Assembly: GCA_020633555.1 (NCBI GenBank)
Contig: JACKDL010000007.1
Coordinates: forward strand, 9,368 to 73,367
Reading direction: 5' to 3'
Source of the DNA: Myxococcales bacterium
Lineage (GTDB): Bacteria > Myxococcota_A > Bradymonadia > UBA7976 > UBA1532
Length of the DNA stretch: 64,000 nt
How positions within the stretch are numbered: the first letter of the stretch is position 1; each line of letters starts with the position of its first letter. The notes below the pieces were generated by a model. The model was not told where the DNA came from. It made no database searches and was given only the letters and a program-made list of their open reading frames with translations. Positions 33,792 through 43,509 of this stretch are shown in pieces. The translations under genes and the position numbers were made by a program.

Positions 33792-36656
33792 TTGGGGCGT
33801 GCAACGCTGTGGCTGTGGGTTCTTTCGGCCGCCTTGGCCTTCGGCTGTGATGACGGCGGGTCGCCCGCGGCGACGCCCGATCCCGACGGCGCCATGGTCG
33901 ACGGCGGCCCCCCGGCCGACATGGCGCCGCAGGCGGATCAGGCCGTGCCCGACATGGCGCCCCCGCCGACGCCGTGCGCCTTCCCCGACGAATGCCCGGG
34001 GGGCGACTGCATCGCCGGGCAGTGCGAGTTCCAGGTGCCGGCCCGCTGCCTGGGCAACGACGCCAGCGCCTGCGGCGCCAACGAGATCTGCGGCGGCTTC
34101 GACAACGAGTACTACTGCGCCACCGAGTGCGAGCTGGCCGAGACCTGCCCCACCCGACCGCGGCCCTGCAGCGGCAACCCCGACTGCCCGATCCGCATGA
34201 GCTGCCACGGCGGCCGCTGCATCAACTCGTGCACCACCGACGCGGACTGCCCGGCGGGCGGCTACTGCTTGCAGGGCGAGTGCCGGCGCTTCCCCGCCGA
34301 GCTGGGGGGCGGCGAGCCGGCGGTGGGCCTGCCGGCGGGTGAGGGGATCCACGTGGGCGTGGCCGTGCGGCCCATGGACTACCCGCTGGGGGTGTCGGCG
34401 GCAGGGTTCGGCGGCCGCGAGGGCCCGCTGAACCCGTACGCCTTCGCGCTGGGCGGCAGCGACTCGGTGCACGATCGCCAGGACGTGCGCGCGGTGGTCA
34501 TCGCCGACGCGGACGACACGCTGGTGCTGCTGCGCATCCCGCTGTGCTGGTCCACCGACTACATGCTCACGCTCATCACCGAGAAGGTGCGCCAGCGCAC
34601 CGTCACCGACGGGCGCCCCGACGGCCTGGACATCAGCGGGCGGCTCATCACCCTGGCCACCCACAGCCACAGCCACCCGGGCCGCTTCTGGAACATGGTG
34701 CCCGAGACGGGCTTCGGCGCCTTCGGCTACGGCCTGTTCAGCCCCGAGATGATCGACCGCTACACCACCAGCTTCGCCGAGACGGTGGTGGCGGCCCTGC
34801 AGGGCCTGCAGCCCGGGCGCGTCGGCTGGGCCGTGGTGGACGACTTCGACCCCGAGCGCCGCATCCACAGCGACCGCCGCGGCGAGAGCCCCGAGCTGGT
34901 GGACGATCGGCTGACCCTGCTGCGGGTGGACGACCGCGAGGGCCGCCCGCTGGCGGCGGTGGTGGGCCTGGCCATCCACGGCACCCACATGAGCCGCACC
35001 TGGCTCACCGGCGACGTGGCCGCCGGCATCGAGCAGGTGATGACCGACCGCCTGAGCGCGCAGGCCGAGCGGCCCGTGCCCGTGCTGTTCGCCAACGGCA
35101 ACGCCGCCGACGTCAGCCCCCGGGGCGACGACGTGAGCGACGTGGATCACGCCAAGCTGCAGGTGGTGGGCCACCGGGTGTGGGCCGTGGCCCGCGACGC
35201 CTTCGCCGCCATCGAGACCGCCGCCGACATGCCCCTGGAGGTGGCGACCCGTCGGGTGCCGGTGAGCTACGAGCTGCTGGGCTACGACGCCTCGGTGCCC
35301 GACTTCCGCTCCCGCCAGGGTGAGCCCCAGATCTACGGGGCCTTCCAGTGCGTGCCCGACAGCCGGGAGCAGGACGAGCCGCCCTACGAGGACGGGGCGC
35401 TGCGGTGCCGCATCAACCTGGCCACCTTCCTGGGCGCGCCGGTGGTGCAGCTCCACAAGACCGTGCTCAGCGCGTTCCGGGTGGGCCAGCTCATCGTGAG
35501 CACGCTGCCCGGCGAGCCCACCAGCGGCCTGGGGCTGGCCCTGAGCGCTCTGGTGGAGGCCGACGCCCGCGCGGCGGGCTGGGCCGACGCCCGCGCCGTG
35601 CAGTTCGGTTACTCGCAGGACCACCACCTGTACTTCATGCTGCCCGACGACTGGTTCCGCGGCGGCTATGAGCCCAGCCAGGGGGTGTGGGGTTGGCAGC
35701 TCGGCCCCTTCCTGGTGGAGCAGGCCCGCCAGACGGCCGCGCTGCTGCTGACGGCCGAGCGCGAGGACACCACCAGCCCCATCCTGCCCACCTGGTGGCC
35801 CGATCTGCTGGACGACACGGTGACCCCCACCCCCTCGCCCGACGCGGGTCGCATCCTGGCGGATGTGGGTGACGCGCCCCGCGGCGCCATCCAGACCTTG
35901 CAGTGGACCGGCGGCCACCCGGGCGCCGATCAGCCCCGCGCCTGGCTGGAGCAGCAGGTGGATGGGGCCTGGGTGCCGGGCACCCGCCCGGGCACGCCGC
36001 TGCCCTTCGACGACACGGGCTTCGAGAGCTTGACCAGCTACCTGGGCGACTACGAGGGCGATCACACCTGGCGGGTGCGCTGGGAGCTGCCCTTTGCGCT
36101 GCCCCTTGGGGCGTGGCGCATCGTGGTCGAGGGGCACACGGCGGGCGCCGACGGGGCGCGGCAGCCGTACCGGGTGGAGTCGGCGGCCTTCCAGGTCAGC
36201 GCGGCCACGCTCGAGGCCCGGGACGTGGCCGTGGCCGGGGGCACGCTGGCCTTCAAGCTGAACTACCCCGACGGGCCCTTCGCGGCCGATGAGGGCGGCC
36301 CCTACCGCCTGACCCCCGCGGGGCACTGGCTGCGCCTGGACGGCGACCGGGCCCTGCGCAGCGTGCCGGGCCCCTTGCGCAAGCTGGCCTTCGTGCTGGG
36401 GCCGCCGCTGCCCCTGGACGCCGAGGTGCAGGTGCAGGTGGACGACGGCGCGCCCGGGGCGGTGGTGGCCCAGGACGATCAGGTGGAGCGCAGCCTGCTG
36501 TTCGCCCGCAACGGCGACGGCGGCGAGGACCGGCCCGCCGGCGCCTGGTTCAGCAGCCGCGTGGAGCTGCCGGCGCCGGCGCCGGGTGATCACCAGATCA
36601 CGGCCCGCGACCCGTGGGGCAACGCCGTGACCTTCCCGGTCGCGGTGCCCGAGTAG
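33792..36656 (+). CDS. Lipoprotein with Cys-rich repeats and a neutral/alkaline ceramidase-like domain
   Basis: Lipobox AFGC; ATHSHSHPG, HGTH, GNAADVSP, LPGEPT, YSQDHHLY. The TTG start is inferred. Confidence 0.72.
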   Translation: MGRATLWLWVLSAALAFGCDDGGSPAATPDPDGAMVDGGPPADMAPQADQAVPDMAPPPTPCAFPDECPGGDCIAGQCEFQVPARCLGNDASACGANEICGGFDNEYYCATECELAETCPTRPRPCSGNPDCPIRMSCHGGRCINSCTTDADCPAGGYCLQGECRRFPAELGGGEPAVGLPAGEGIHVGVAVRPMDYPLGVSAAGFGGREGPLNPYAFALGGSDSVHDRQDVRAVVIADADDTLVLLRIPLCWSTDYMLTLITEKVRQRTVTDGRPDGLDISGRLITLATHSHSHPGRFWNMVPETGFGAFGYGLFSPEMIDRYTTSFAETVVAALQGLQPGRVGWAVVDDFDPERRIHSDRRGESPELVDDRLTLLRVDDREGRPLAAVVGLAIHGTHMSRTWLTGDVAAGIEQVMTDRLSAQAERPVPVLFANGNAADVSPRGDDVSDVDHAKLQVVGHRVWAVARDAFAAIETAADMPLEVATRRVPVSYELLGYDASVPDFRSRQGEPQIYGAFQCVPDSREQDEPPYEDGALRCRINLATFLGAPVVQLHKTVLSAFRVGQLIVSTLPGEPTSGLGLALSALVEADARAAGWADARAVQFGYSQDHHLYFMLPDDWFRGGYEPSQGVWGWQLGPFLVEQARQTAALLLTAEREDTTSPILPTWWPDLLDDTVTPTPSPDAGRILADVGDAPRGAIQTLQWTGGHPGADQPRAWLEQQVDGAWVPGTRPGTPLPFDDTGFESLTSYLGDYEGDHTWRVRWELPFALPLGAWRIVVEGHTAGADGARQPYRVESAAFQVSAATLEARDVAVAGGTLAFKLNYPDGPFAADEGGPYRLTPAGHWLRLDGDRALRSVPGPLRKLAFVLGPPLPLDAEVQVQVDDGAPGAVVAQDDQVERSLLFARNGDGGEDRPAGAWFSSRVELPAPAPGDHQITARDPWGNAVTFPVAVPE

Positions 36657-36741
36657 CCGCGCGCACATATTTCGCGCTCCGCATGACACCGGCCGGGGCC
36701 CTGAGCCATCCTCTGGCCGGACTTTGCCCGGAGGAGCGCCC

Positions 36742-37776
36742 GTGACCCCCATCGATCCCCAGATCCGCGCCGCCGTCATGCAGCAGGCGCAGGGCGCCGT
36801 GGCCCTGCAGGTGGCCTTCATCGCCGTGGCCGACGGCCTGTTCGAGGCCCTGGCGGCGGGCCCCCTGGACACGGCCGGGCTGGCCGCGAAGCTGGGGCTG
36901 GACGCCGGCTACCTCACCCGCTGGGCGGACGCCGCCTACGCCTTCGAGTACCTGGACGAGGGCGACGGCGGCTGGGCGCTCACCGCGAAGGCGCGGGCGT
37001 TCCTGAAGGACGCGCCGGGCACGCTGATGCCCTTCGCGGTGATGGCCAACCTCACGGCTCACATGGCCGAGCGGGCGGCGGTGCACGCCCGCACCGGGCA
37101 CCGACCCGGCGAGGCCGTCCTCGAGGAGCGCGAGGCCATCGTGCCGCTCTTCGGCCCCATGATGGAGGCCAGCTTCGCCCAGCTCTTCGCCGAGCAGATC
37201 CTGCCCCACGTGCCGGTGTACGCCGAGATCGACGCCCGTGGGGGGCTGGCGGTGGATCTGGGCTGCGGCAACGGCTGGTATCTGCATCGGCTGCTGCGCC
37301 GCTGTGGTCACCTGCGCGGCGTCGGCATGGACCAGTCGAGCGAGGCCATCGCCCAGGCCACCGCCCGGGCGCAGGCGGACGGGCTGGCGGACCGGCTCAG
37401 CTTCCGCCACGGCGACCTGTTCGACTTCCAGGTGGCCGAGCCCGTGGATCTGATCGCCATGAACCGGGCCCTGCACCACGTGTGGGGCGAGGACGTGGAT
37501 CGGCGCCGGGCCGTGTTCCGCATCCTGGCCGACCACCTGGCGCCCGGGGGCGCCGCGGTGATCTGGGAGCCCGTCTGGCCCAAGGATCGGGCTGTGCTGC
37601 GGCAGCCGCCCCAGCGGGGCCTGGCCTTCCAGAACCTGGCGGAGCACCTGCAGGGCAACCGGTTCCTGCACCCCGACGAGATCGCCGCGGAGCTGGCCAT
37701 CGCGGGGCTGGAGCCCGAGGTCTTCACCTTCCTGGAGGGCCGTGAGGCGGTGGTGGTGGGGCGCCGTCCCGGCTGA
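36742..37776 (+). CDS. Class I SAM-dependent methyltransferase with N-terminal HTH/dimerisation region
   Basis: VDLGCGNG motif I, GMDQS, GDLF; GGAGGAG RBS. Confidence 0.85.
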   Translation: MTPIDPQIRAAVMQQAQGAVALQVAFIAVADGLFEALAAGPLDTAGLAAKLGLDAGYLTRWADAAYAFEYLDEGDGGWALTAKARAFLKDAPGTLMPFAVMANLTAHMAERAAVHARTGHRPGEAVLEEREAIVPLFGPMMEASFAQLFAEQILPHVPVYAEIDARGGLAVDLGCGNGWYLHRLLRRCGHLRGVGMDQSSEAIAQATARAQADGLADRLSFRHGDLFDFQVAEPVDLIAMNRALHHVWGEDVDRRRAVFRILADHLAPGGAAVIWEPVWPKDRAVLRQPPQRGLAFQNLAEHLQGNRFLHPDEIAAELAIAGLEPEVFTFLEGREAVVVGRRPG

Positions 37777-37898
37777 GCGGGCCGGCCCGACGGGCCGCCG
37801 AAAAGCCACCCGAGAATTTGACACCCACGTTGTCCTACATGAGGCTACATGTGTGAGGTGCCGCGGGGCACCCAGGCCGAGCCCAGAGGAGGGGAGCC

Positions 37899-38303
37899 AT
37901 GCAGCCTCAGACCGCACTGCCTCAGACCGATCTCGACCGGCGCGTGCACACCCGAGCCCCGTGCCGGGTGGACGTTCGCGAGGTTCAGGGCGCTCAGATC
38001 ATCGAAGGGCGCGCCACCAACATCAGCGAAGGCGGCCTGTACCTGCAGCGCCTGGACGACCGCGATCTGGTGGTGGGCGAGACCCTGACCATGGACATCG
38101 CGTTGCCCCTGTACGGGGTGGTGCGGGCCACGGGCGTGGTGGTCAAGCCGGCCGGCGACGTGTTCTACCGCTCGGCGGCGGTGCGGTTCGTCGAGCTGTG
38201 CCCGCTGGCGGCGCTGCGGATCCGGCGCTTCGTCTACGACCGGGGCCGGCGCCCCGTCCGGGGCATGCCCATCGGGCGCATCAGCCTGGAGCGCGCGGCC
38301 TGA
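37899..38303 (+). CDS. PilZ domain protein
   Basis: RxxxR (RVHTR) and NISEGG (D/NxSxxG) c-di-GMP motifs. Confidence 0.82.
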   Translation: MQPQTALPQTDLDRRVHTRAPCRVDVREVQGAQIIEGRATNISEGGLYLQRLDDRDLVVGETLTMDIALPLYGVVRATGVVVKPAGDVFYRSAAVRFVELCPLAALRIRRFVYDRGRRPVRGMPIGRISLERAA

Positions 38304-38337
38304 GCCGCGGCCCCGGCCCCCTGATCCGGCGCGGCGC

Positions 38338-39642
38338 TCAGCGCCAGCGGCCCAGGGCCTTGCGGGCGGCCTCCTCGGCGCCCGGTGGGCGCTCGCGGGC
38401 CGGCAGCGCCTCCAGATCCGTGAGCACGGCCTGCCAGGTCCGGCGGGACGCGGCGAGTTCACCCAAGCCCTCTTGGATGTCGGCCAGGAGCTGCCGGGCG
38501 CGCACGCGTCGGGGGCCGTAGGCCAGGCTCACCGCCCGCTCGGCCGGGGCCAGCGCGTCGCGCAGTTGACCCAGGCCGCGGCGCGCCCACGCCAGCCGGT
38601 AGGCGGGGTCGTAGGCGTCGGGCAGCGCCTCGGTGAGCGCCACCAGATCCGGCTCCAGCGCGGCCAGTGTGCCCAGGTGGCTGTGCACTTCGCACCGCGG
38701 CCAGGCGTGCCCCATGCGGGTCTGCGCGTCGCCCGTGCCCCAAGCCTGGGCCAGCAGCGCCGCCTGCCGCTCGGCGGCGTCGCGGGCGGCGGCCGCGTCG
38801 CCCAGGGCCAGGTGGAGCTGCCGCACCACCCGCAGCAGCTCGCTGCGATCATCCACTGACAGGGTCGAGGGCTCGGCGGCCAGCACCCCCTCGAGCCCCG
38901 CGGCCGCGTGCCCCAGCAGCGCGGCCCGCTCGGGGCTGCGCGGCAGGGCGGTGACGCAGGCGTGCAGGTAGTACACGAAGTCGGCGGCGCTGGGGGTGGC
39001 TCCGGCCAGCGCCTCGGGCAGGGCCTGCGCCGCCAGCTCGGCGCACTCGGCGTGGTCGCCCAGCTTGTGGCGCAGCGTGATCTGGGCGGTGCGCAGATCG
39101 GGGCGGCGGGTCCAGGCGGCGGGGCCGGCGGCCAGGGCGCGGGCGTACAGGCTCTCGGCCTCGGCCAGGCGCCCCTCGGCAGCCTTCTGATCGGCGCGCC
39201 GCGCCAGGCCGGCAGGATCATCGGGCCCGGCAGCCGCCTGCGCCTCGCCCAGGAACGCAAGGAACTGCGCCTTGCTGGCGGCGCCCAGCCACCGGCCCCG
39301 CACGTCGCCCGTCACCGGATCGATCACATAGAAGGTGGGCCAGACCTGCGGGGGGTAGCGGGCGATGACGCCGGCGTGCTCGGGGCGGTCGGTGTCCAGG
39401 GCCACGAAGGTGAAGCGATCGGCGTGCTCGGCGCGCAGGCCGGGGGTCAGCACCTCGGCCTGCATGGACAGGCAGGTGTGGCACCAGGGCGCCCACAGGT
39501 CGAGCACCAGCAAGGTGCCGCGGGCCTCAGCGTCGGCGCGGGCGGGCTCGAAGGCGGTGTGCCAGCCGTCGGCGCTGTGGGCGGGGCTCAGCGGCAGGGC
39601 GAGGCAGAAGACGGCAAGGGCGAGGCGGAGCGCGTGGGCCAT
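38338..39642 (-). CDS. Secreted thioredoxin-family protein with TPR-like helical C-terminus
   Basis: Signal peptide; DLWAPWCHTC; VWPTF cis-Pro loop. Confidence 0.8.
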   Translation of the reverse strand: MAHALRLALAVFCLALPLSPAHSADGWHTAFEPARADAEARGTLLVLDLWAPWCHTCLSMQAEVLTPGLRAEHADRFTFVALDTDRPEHAGVIARYPPQVWPTFYVIDPVTGDVRGRWLGAASKAQFLAFLGEAQAAAGPDDPAGLARRADQKAAEGRLAEAESLYARALAAGPAAWTRRPDLRTAQITLRHKLGDHAECAELAAQALPEALAGATPSAADFVYYLHACVTALPRSPERAALLGHAAAGLEGVLAAEPSTLSVDDRSELLRVVRQLHLALGDAAAARDAAERQAALLAQAWGTGDAQTRMGHAWPRCEVHSHLGTLAALEPDLVALTEALPDAYDPAYRLAWARRGLGQLRDALAPAERAVSLAYGPRRVRARQLLADIQEGLGELAASRRTWQAVLTDLEALPARERPPGAEEAARKALGRWR

Positions 39643-39664
39643 GGGGCCTCCGGCGGGCGGGGGA

Positions 39665-40597
39665 TCAGAAGCGGCCGCTGAGCCCCACGGCGCCCGGGCC
39701 CACCTGGAGTTGCCAGGCCTGGGGCTCGGCGCCCTGATCGGCGTCCAGCAGGAACAGGGTCACCGCGCCGGCGGCGGCGATGCCGGCCACCCCGTACATC
39801 ACGTAGCTGAGGGTGACGTTCGAGTCCCGGTCGTCGGCGGCCGAGAGCCGATCACGCTGCAGGGCCTCGACGTCGGCGCCCGGCTTCGCCATGGCGCGGG
39901 TGAGGTCGTTGTAGGTGTCCACGTTGTCGATGGCGCGGGCGGTGAACAGGGCGCCCACCCCCACCGCCACCACGGCGGCGCCCGCGGCGGTGTACTTGCC
40001 GACAGTGAGCGCGCTGAGGCCGGGCCCGGCTGCCCCCGCCACCGCGTACTGCACCTCGGCGAGCTGCCCGGTGGTGACCGTGGCGCGGCCCTCCCAGGGC
40101 TCGCCGGCGGTGGGCTCGACGCGCACCGCATACTCGCCGGGATCCAGGTCCCAGCCGCGGGTGCCGGGCTCGGGCATGGGCTCGTCGTTGACCAGGAACC
40201 GGCTGCCCGGCGGAGCGCCGCTGACGGTGAGCTGCCCCTGCTTGGCTTTGCGGAGCACCTTCTCCATCACCCGCACGCGCTTGCGCACCTGATCGGCGTC
40301 CTCGGCCTGCGGGTAGTTCTTCAGGTACAGGCGGTAGCGGCGCACGGCCAGCTCGCCCTCGCCCTGCTCTTCGGCGGCGCGGGCCATGTTGTAGAGCAGC
40401 ACCGGCGAGGGATCGAGCTTGTAGGCCTCGCGGAAGAACTCGTCGGCCTTGACGAAGTCCTTGGCCTTGAAGGCCTGCACCCCCAGGTCATACAGCGCCT
40501 GCGCGCGGGCCACCTTGGTGCTCTGGGGCGCCGCCGCCATGGGGGCGGTCGGCAGGCACAGGGCCGCGGCCATGAGGAGGGCTCGGGTCGCACGCAT
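39665..40597 (-). CDS. Secreted TPR + PEGA domain protein
   Basis: Signal peptide, TPR (AYKLDPSPVLLYNMARA), PEGA-like beta domain, C-terminal hydrophobic segments. Confidence 0.75.
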   Translation of the reverse strand: MRATRALLMAAALCLPTAPMAAAPQSTKVARAQALYDLGVQAFKAKDFVKADEFFREAYKLDPSPVLLYNMARAAEEQGEGELAVRRYRLYLKNYPQAEDADQVRKRVRVMEKVLRKAKQGQLTVSGAPPGSRFLVNDEPMPEPGTRGWDLDPGEYAVRVEPTAGEPWEGRATVTTGQLAEVQYAVAGAAGPGLSALTVGKYTAAGAAVVAVGVGALFTARAIDNVDTYNDLTRAMAKPGADVEALQRDRLSAADDRDSNVTLSYVMYGVAGIAAAGAVTLFLLDADQGAEPQAWQLQVGPGAVGLSGRF

Positions 40598-40708
40598 GGG
40601 GCGCATCGTCGGCCGCGCGCGGGCGGGCTGTCAATGTGGAGGGCCGACGGTGGCAACGGCCGATGCGATCTGCGACCGTGTCGCCCTCAGCCCATCGGGA
40701 GTGCCCAG

Positions 40709-43502
40709 ATGAAGGTCCGCATCGTCACCGAGCTCGAGCCGCTGGCCGAAGCCCTCACCGAGGTCCTCGAGGCCAAGGGCTTCGAGGTCGAGCACGTCGA
40801 GGAGAGCGTGCGCGCCACCGAGATCCGCTACGGCGAGGGGGTGGGCGACGACGTCATCACCCAGCTCATCGACGCCATCAAGCCCCTGCTGCCCAGCGTG
40901 GCCCTGGCCGAGGGCCTGGACCTATGTGGAGCTGCGGCTGGGCGAGCACCGGGACCTGGACGCCTGGGAGCTGAAGATCTACGCCGACAGCGAGGACTTT
41001 GCGACCACCCTGCGCGATGAGCTCATGCCCATGGGCTTCACGGACGACGGGGTGAACCTGGGCCACCAGGACAACAACGTCCTGAAGTTCGGCGGGGCCT
41101 CGGCCTTCGCCCGCCAGGTCATCCGCTGGGTGCTGGCCCGCCACGGCGTGCGGGTCACGGAGGAGAAGGCCTGGGGCAACGACGACAACGACATCTGGGT
41201 CTACGTCCGCGATCCCCGGTACGACGGGAAGAACCTGAAGGAGTGCTTCTCCATCGAGATCGTGGGCGACGACGTGGCCCAGATGCTCGCGCTGCAGAGC
41301 CACCTGAAGGCTGCGGGCTACGGGCAGGTGGGCATGCGCCCGCTCGATCCCGACCAGACGCCGCGGTTCATGGTGGAGCCCGGCCCCTTCCGCCGGGACG
41401 AGGGCGAGCAGAGCGTGCTGATGACCGCGGTGCGCGCCTTCCTGCACGCCCGCGGGGTGGACGCCGAGCGCTACCCGCTGGAGCTGGGCGACGGCGACAC
41501 CATGAGCCCCGCCCAGATCATGCTGCCCCTGGGCGCGCATGGGGTGGGTGAGCTGCGGCCCACCGCGGGCAGCTTCGCCGATCGCTGGGAGGTGCGGGTG
41601 CGCACCGACGACGCCGAGGCGGTGGCCCCCTTCGTGGCCCAGCTCGAGGGCGCCGGCTACCGGGCGGTGCAGGTGGAGCCCCTGCCCACGGGCACCTTCG
41701 GCTTCCAGGTGCGCTGGGGCGCCGCGGCCCGCTACCCCGAGGTGGCCGACTTCGTGAAGGGCACGGTGCAGAAGTTCATCGGCGATCTGGGCGCGCCGGC
41801 CTCGTACGGGCTGGCGACGAGCGACGGCCTGCCGGGCGAGAGCCCGAAGATCGAGATCGACCTGCCCACCAAGGACCTGGACGAGGCGGGCCTGGAGCGC
41901 CGCATCAAGGCCGCCTGCGCGGGCTGGGAGTGCACCATCAAGGCGACCCGGCTCGAGGACTACGAGACCCTGGTGCCGCGGCTGCGGGCCTTGAGCTTCA
42001 AGAGCTTCGACACCGAGAACGAGGTGTCGGTCAGCGAGGCGCTCATCCAGTACGGCGGCGCGCCGCCGGCGGTGGTGGAGTACGTGGCGGGGGTGGTCTA
42101 CCGGAGCACGGGCGTGCGCTGTGAGACCAAGAAGATCTGGGACGACGACGACGACGACATCTGGGTCTCGCTGCCCGCCCGCGAGGCGGTGCAGGCCGAG
42201 GAGATCCCCGAGGCCCTGGATCTGAGCGCCTGGTTCGCCCAGGGGCCCTCGGCCGCCGGCCCCAAGCCCTTCCTGACCGTTCACGCCGACTCGGTGGACA
42301 TCGCCGGCGTCCACTTGAAGCGCCGGGCCGACGGGCCCGATCACCGGCTGGTGCCCCAGGGCGCCCTGTTCGCCCACTACTGCCTGGATCAGCGCACCGC
42401 CGAGACGCTGCTGCACGTGGCCGAGAGCGTGGTGCTGGGCGAGCCCTGCCTGCTCGAGGGTGAGACCAGCGTCAGCAAGACCTCGATCATCCAGTACCTG
42501 GGTCACCTGCTGAACCAGCCGGTGGTGCGGTTGAACCTCAACGGCCAGACGGACACCGGCGAGCTGGTGGGCCGCTTCCTGCCCCAGGAGAGCGCCATCC
42601 GCCTGCCCGTGCCCCTGGACGAGCTGTACGAGGCGCTGGACCTGCTGGAGCCCGAGACCCGCACCATCCTGGAGCGGGTGAAGGCCGACGGCCGCGAGCT
42701 CAGCCGGGCCGAGGTACAGCAGGTCATGGCGAACGAGCAGATGAGCCAGCACCCCTGGCGCTGGCAGGATGGCCTGGTCATCAGCGCCATGAAGCACGGC
42801 TGGTGGGTGGTGCTCGACGAGCTGAACCTGGCCGAGCCCCAGATCCTCGAGCGGCTGAACTCGGTGCTCGAGCGCCACCCCAGCCTGGTGCTCACCGAGA
42901 ACAACAACGAGGTCATCGGCCCCGGGGGCGTGCCCGTGCACCCGGAGTTCCGCATCTTCGCCACCATGAACCCGGCGGAGTACGCGGGGCGCTCGCCCCT
43001 GAGCCCGGCCTACCGCGACCGCTGGCGGGGCTACAGCTACGTGGCGCCCCCGGGCGAGGCCGAGTACCACGCCATGCTGCGCTTCCTGGTGTTCGGCCAG
43101 CAGCCCGACGTGACCTTGCGCGGCTACCTGTACCGCGGCGGGCCGCAGGCGGCGCCGCTGGCGCAGCTCGCCGAGCTGGAGGCCATGGGCCCGTTCCTGC
43201 AGGCGGTGGCGCGCTTCCACGCGGCGCTGGAGGGGGCGGTGGGCCGCTCGGGTCAGGGCCGCGCCACCCGGCTTGGGGGGCGGCGCAAGGACCGCTACGT
43301 CTTCACCCGCCGGGGGCTGCTGAGCGTCATGGACTACCTGGCCAGCGTGCTGGCCCTGGACTCGGGCAGCCCCACGCTGGCCATGCGCTCGGCGCTGCTG
43401 CGCTACTACATCGGCCGGGTGAGCTCGCCCGCCGATCAGCAGGTGGTGGTGCAGCTCCTGGACGCCGCCGGCATCGGCCCCAACACCTGGCAGCTCGGCT
43501 GA
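40709..43502 (+). CDS. MoxR/midasin-like AAA+ ATPase with a long repeated N-terminus, apparent +1 frameshift near 40918-40925
   Basis: Walker A-like GETSVSKT, Walker B VVLDELN, FRIFATMNP, SPAYRDRW. The N-terminal 70 codons from the RBS-preceded ATG at 40709 are in a different frame from the rest. Confidence 0.82.
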
Positions 43503-43509
43503 GGCGCCC

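Noticed and set aside
37818-37852. TTGACA plus a CTACATG direct repeat upstream of the PilZ gene
   Set aside because: No convincing -10 at 16-18 nt spacing; a two-copy 7-mer is too weak to call a binding site.
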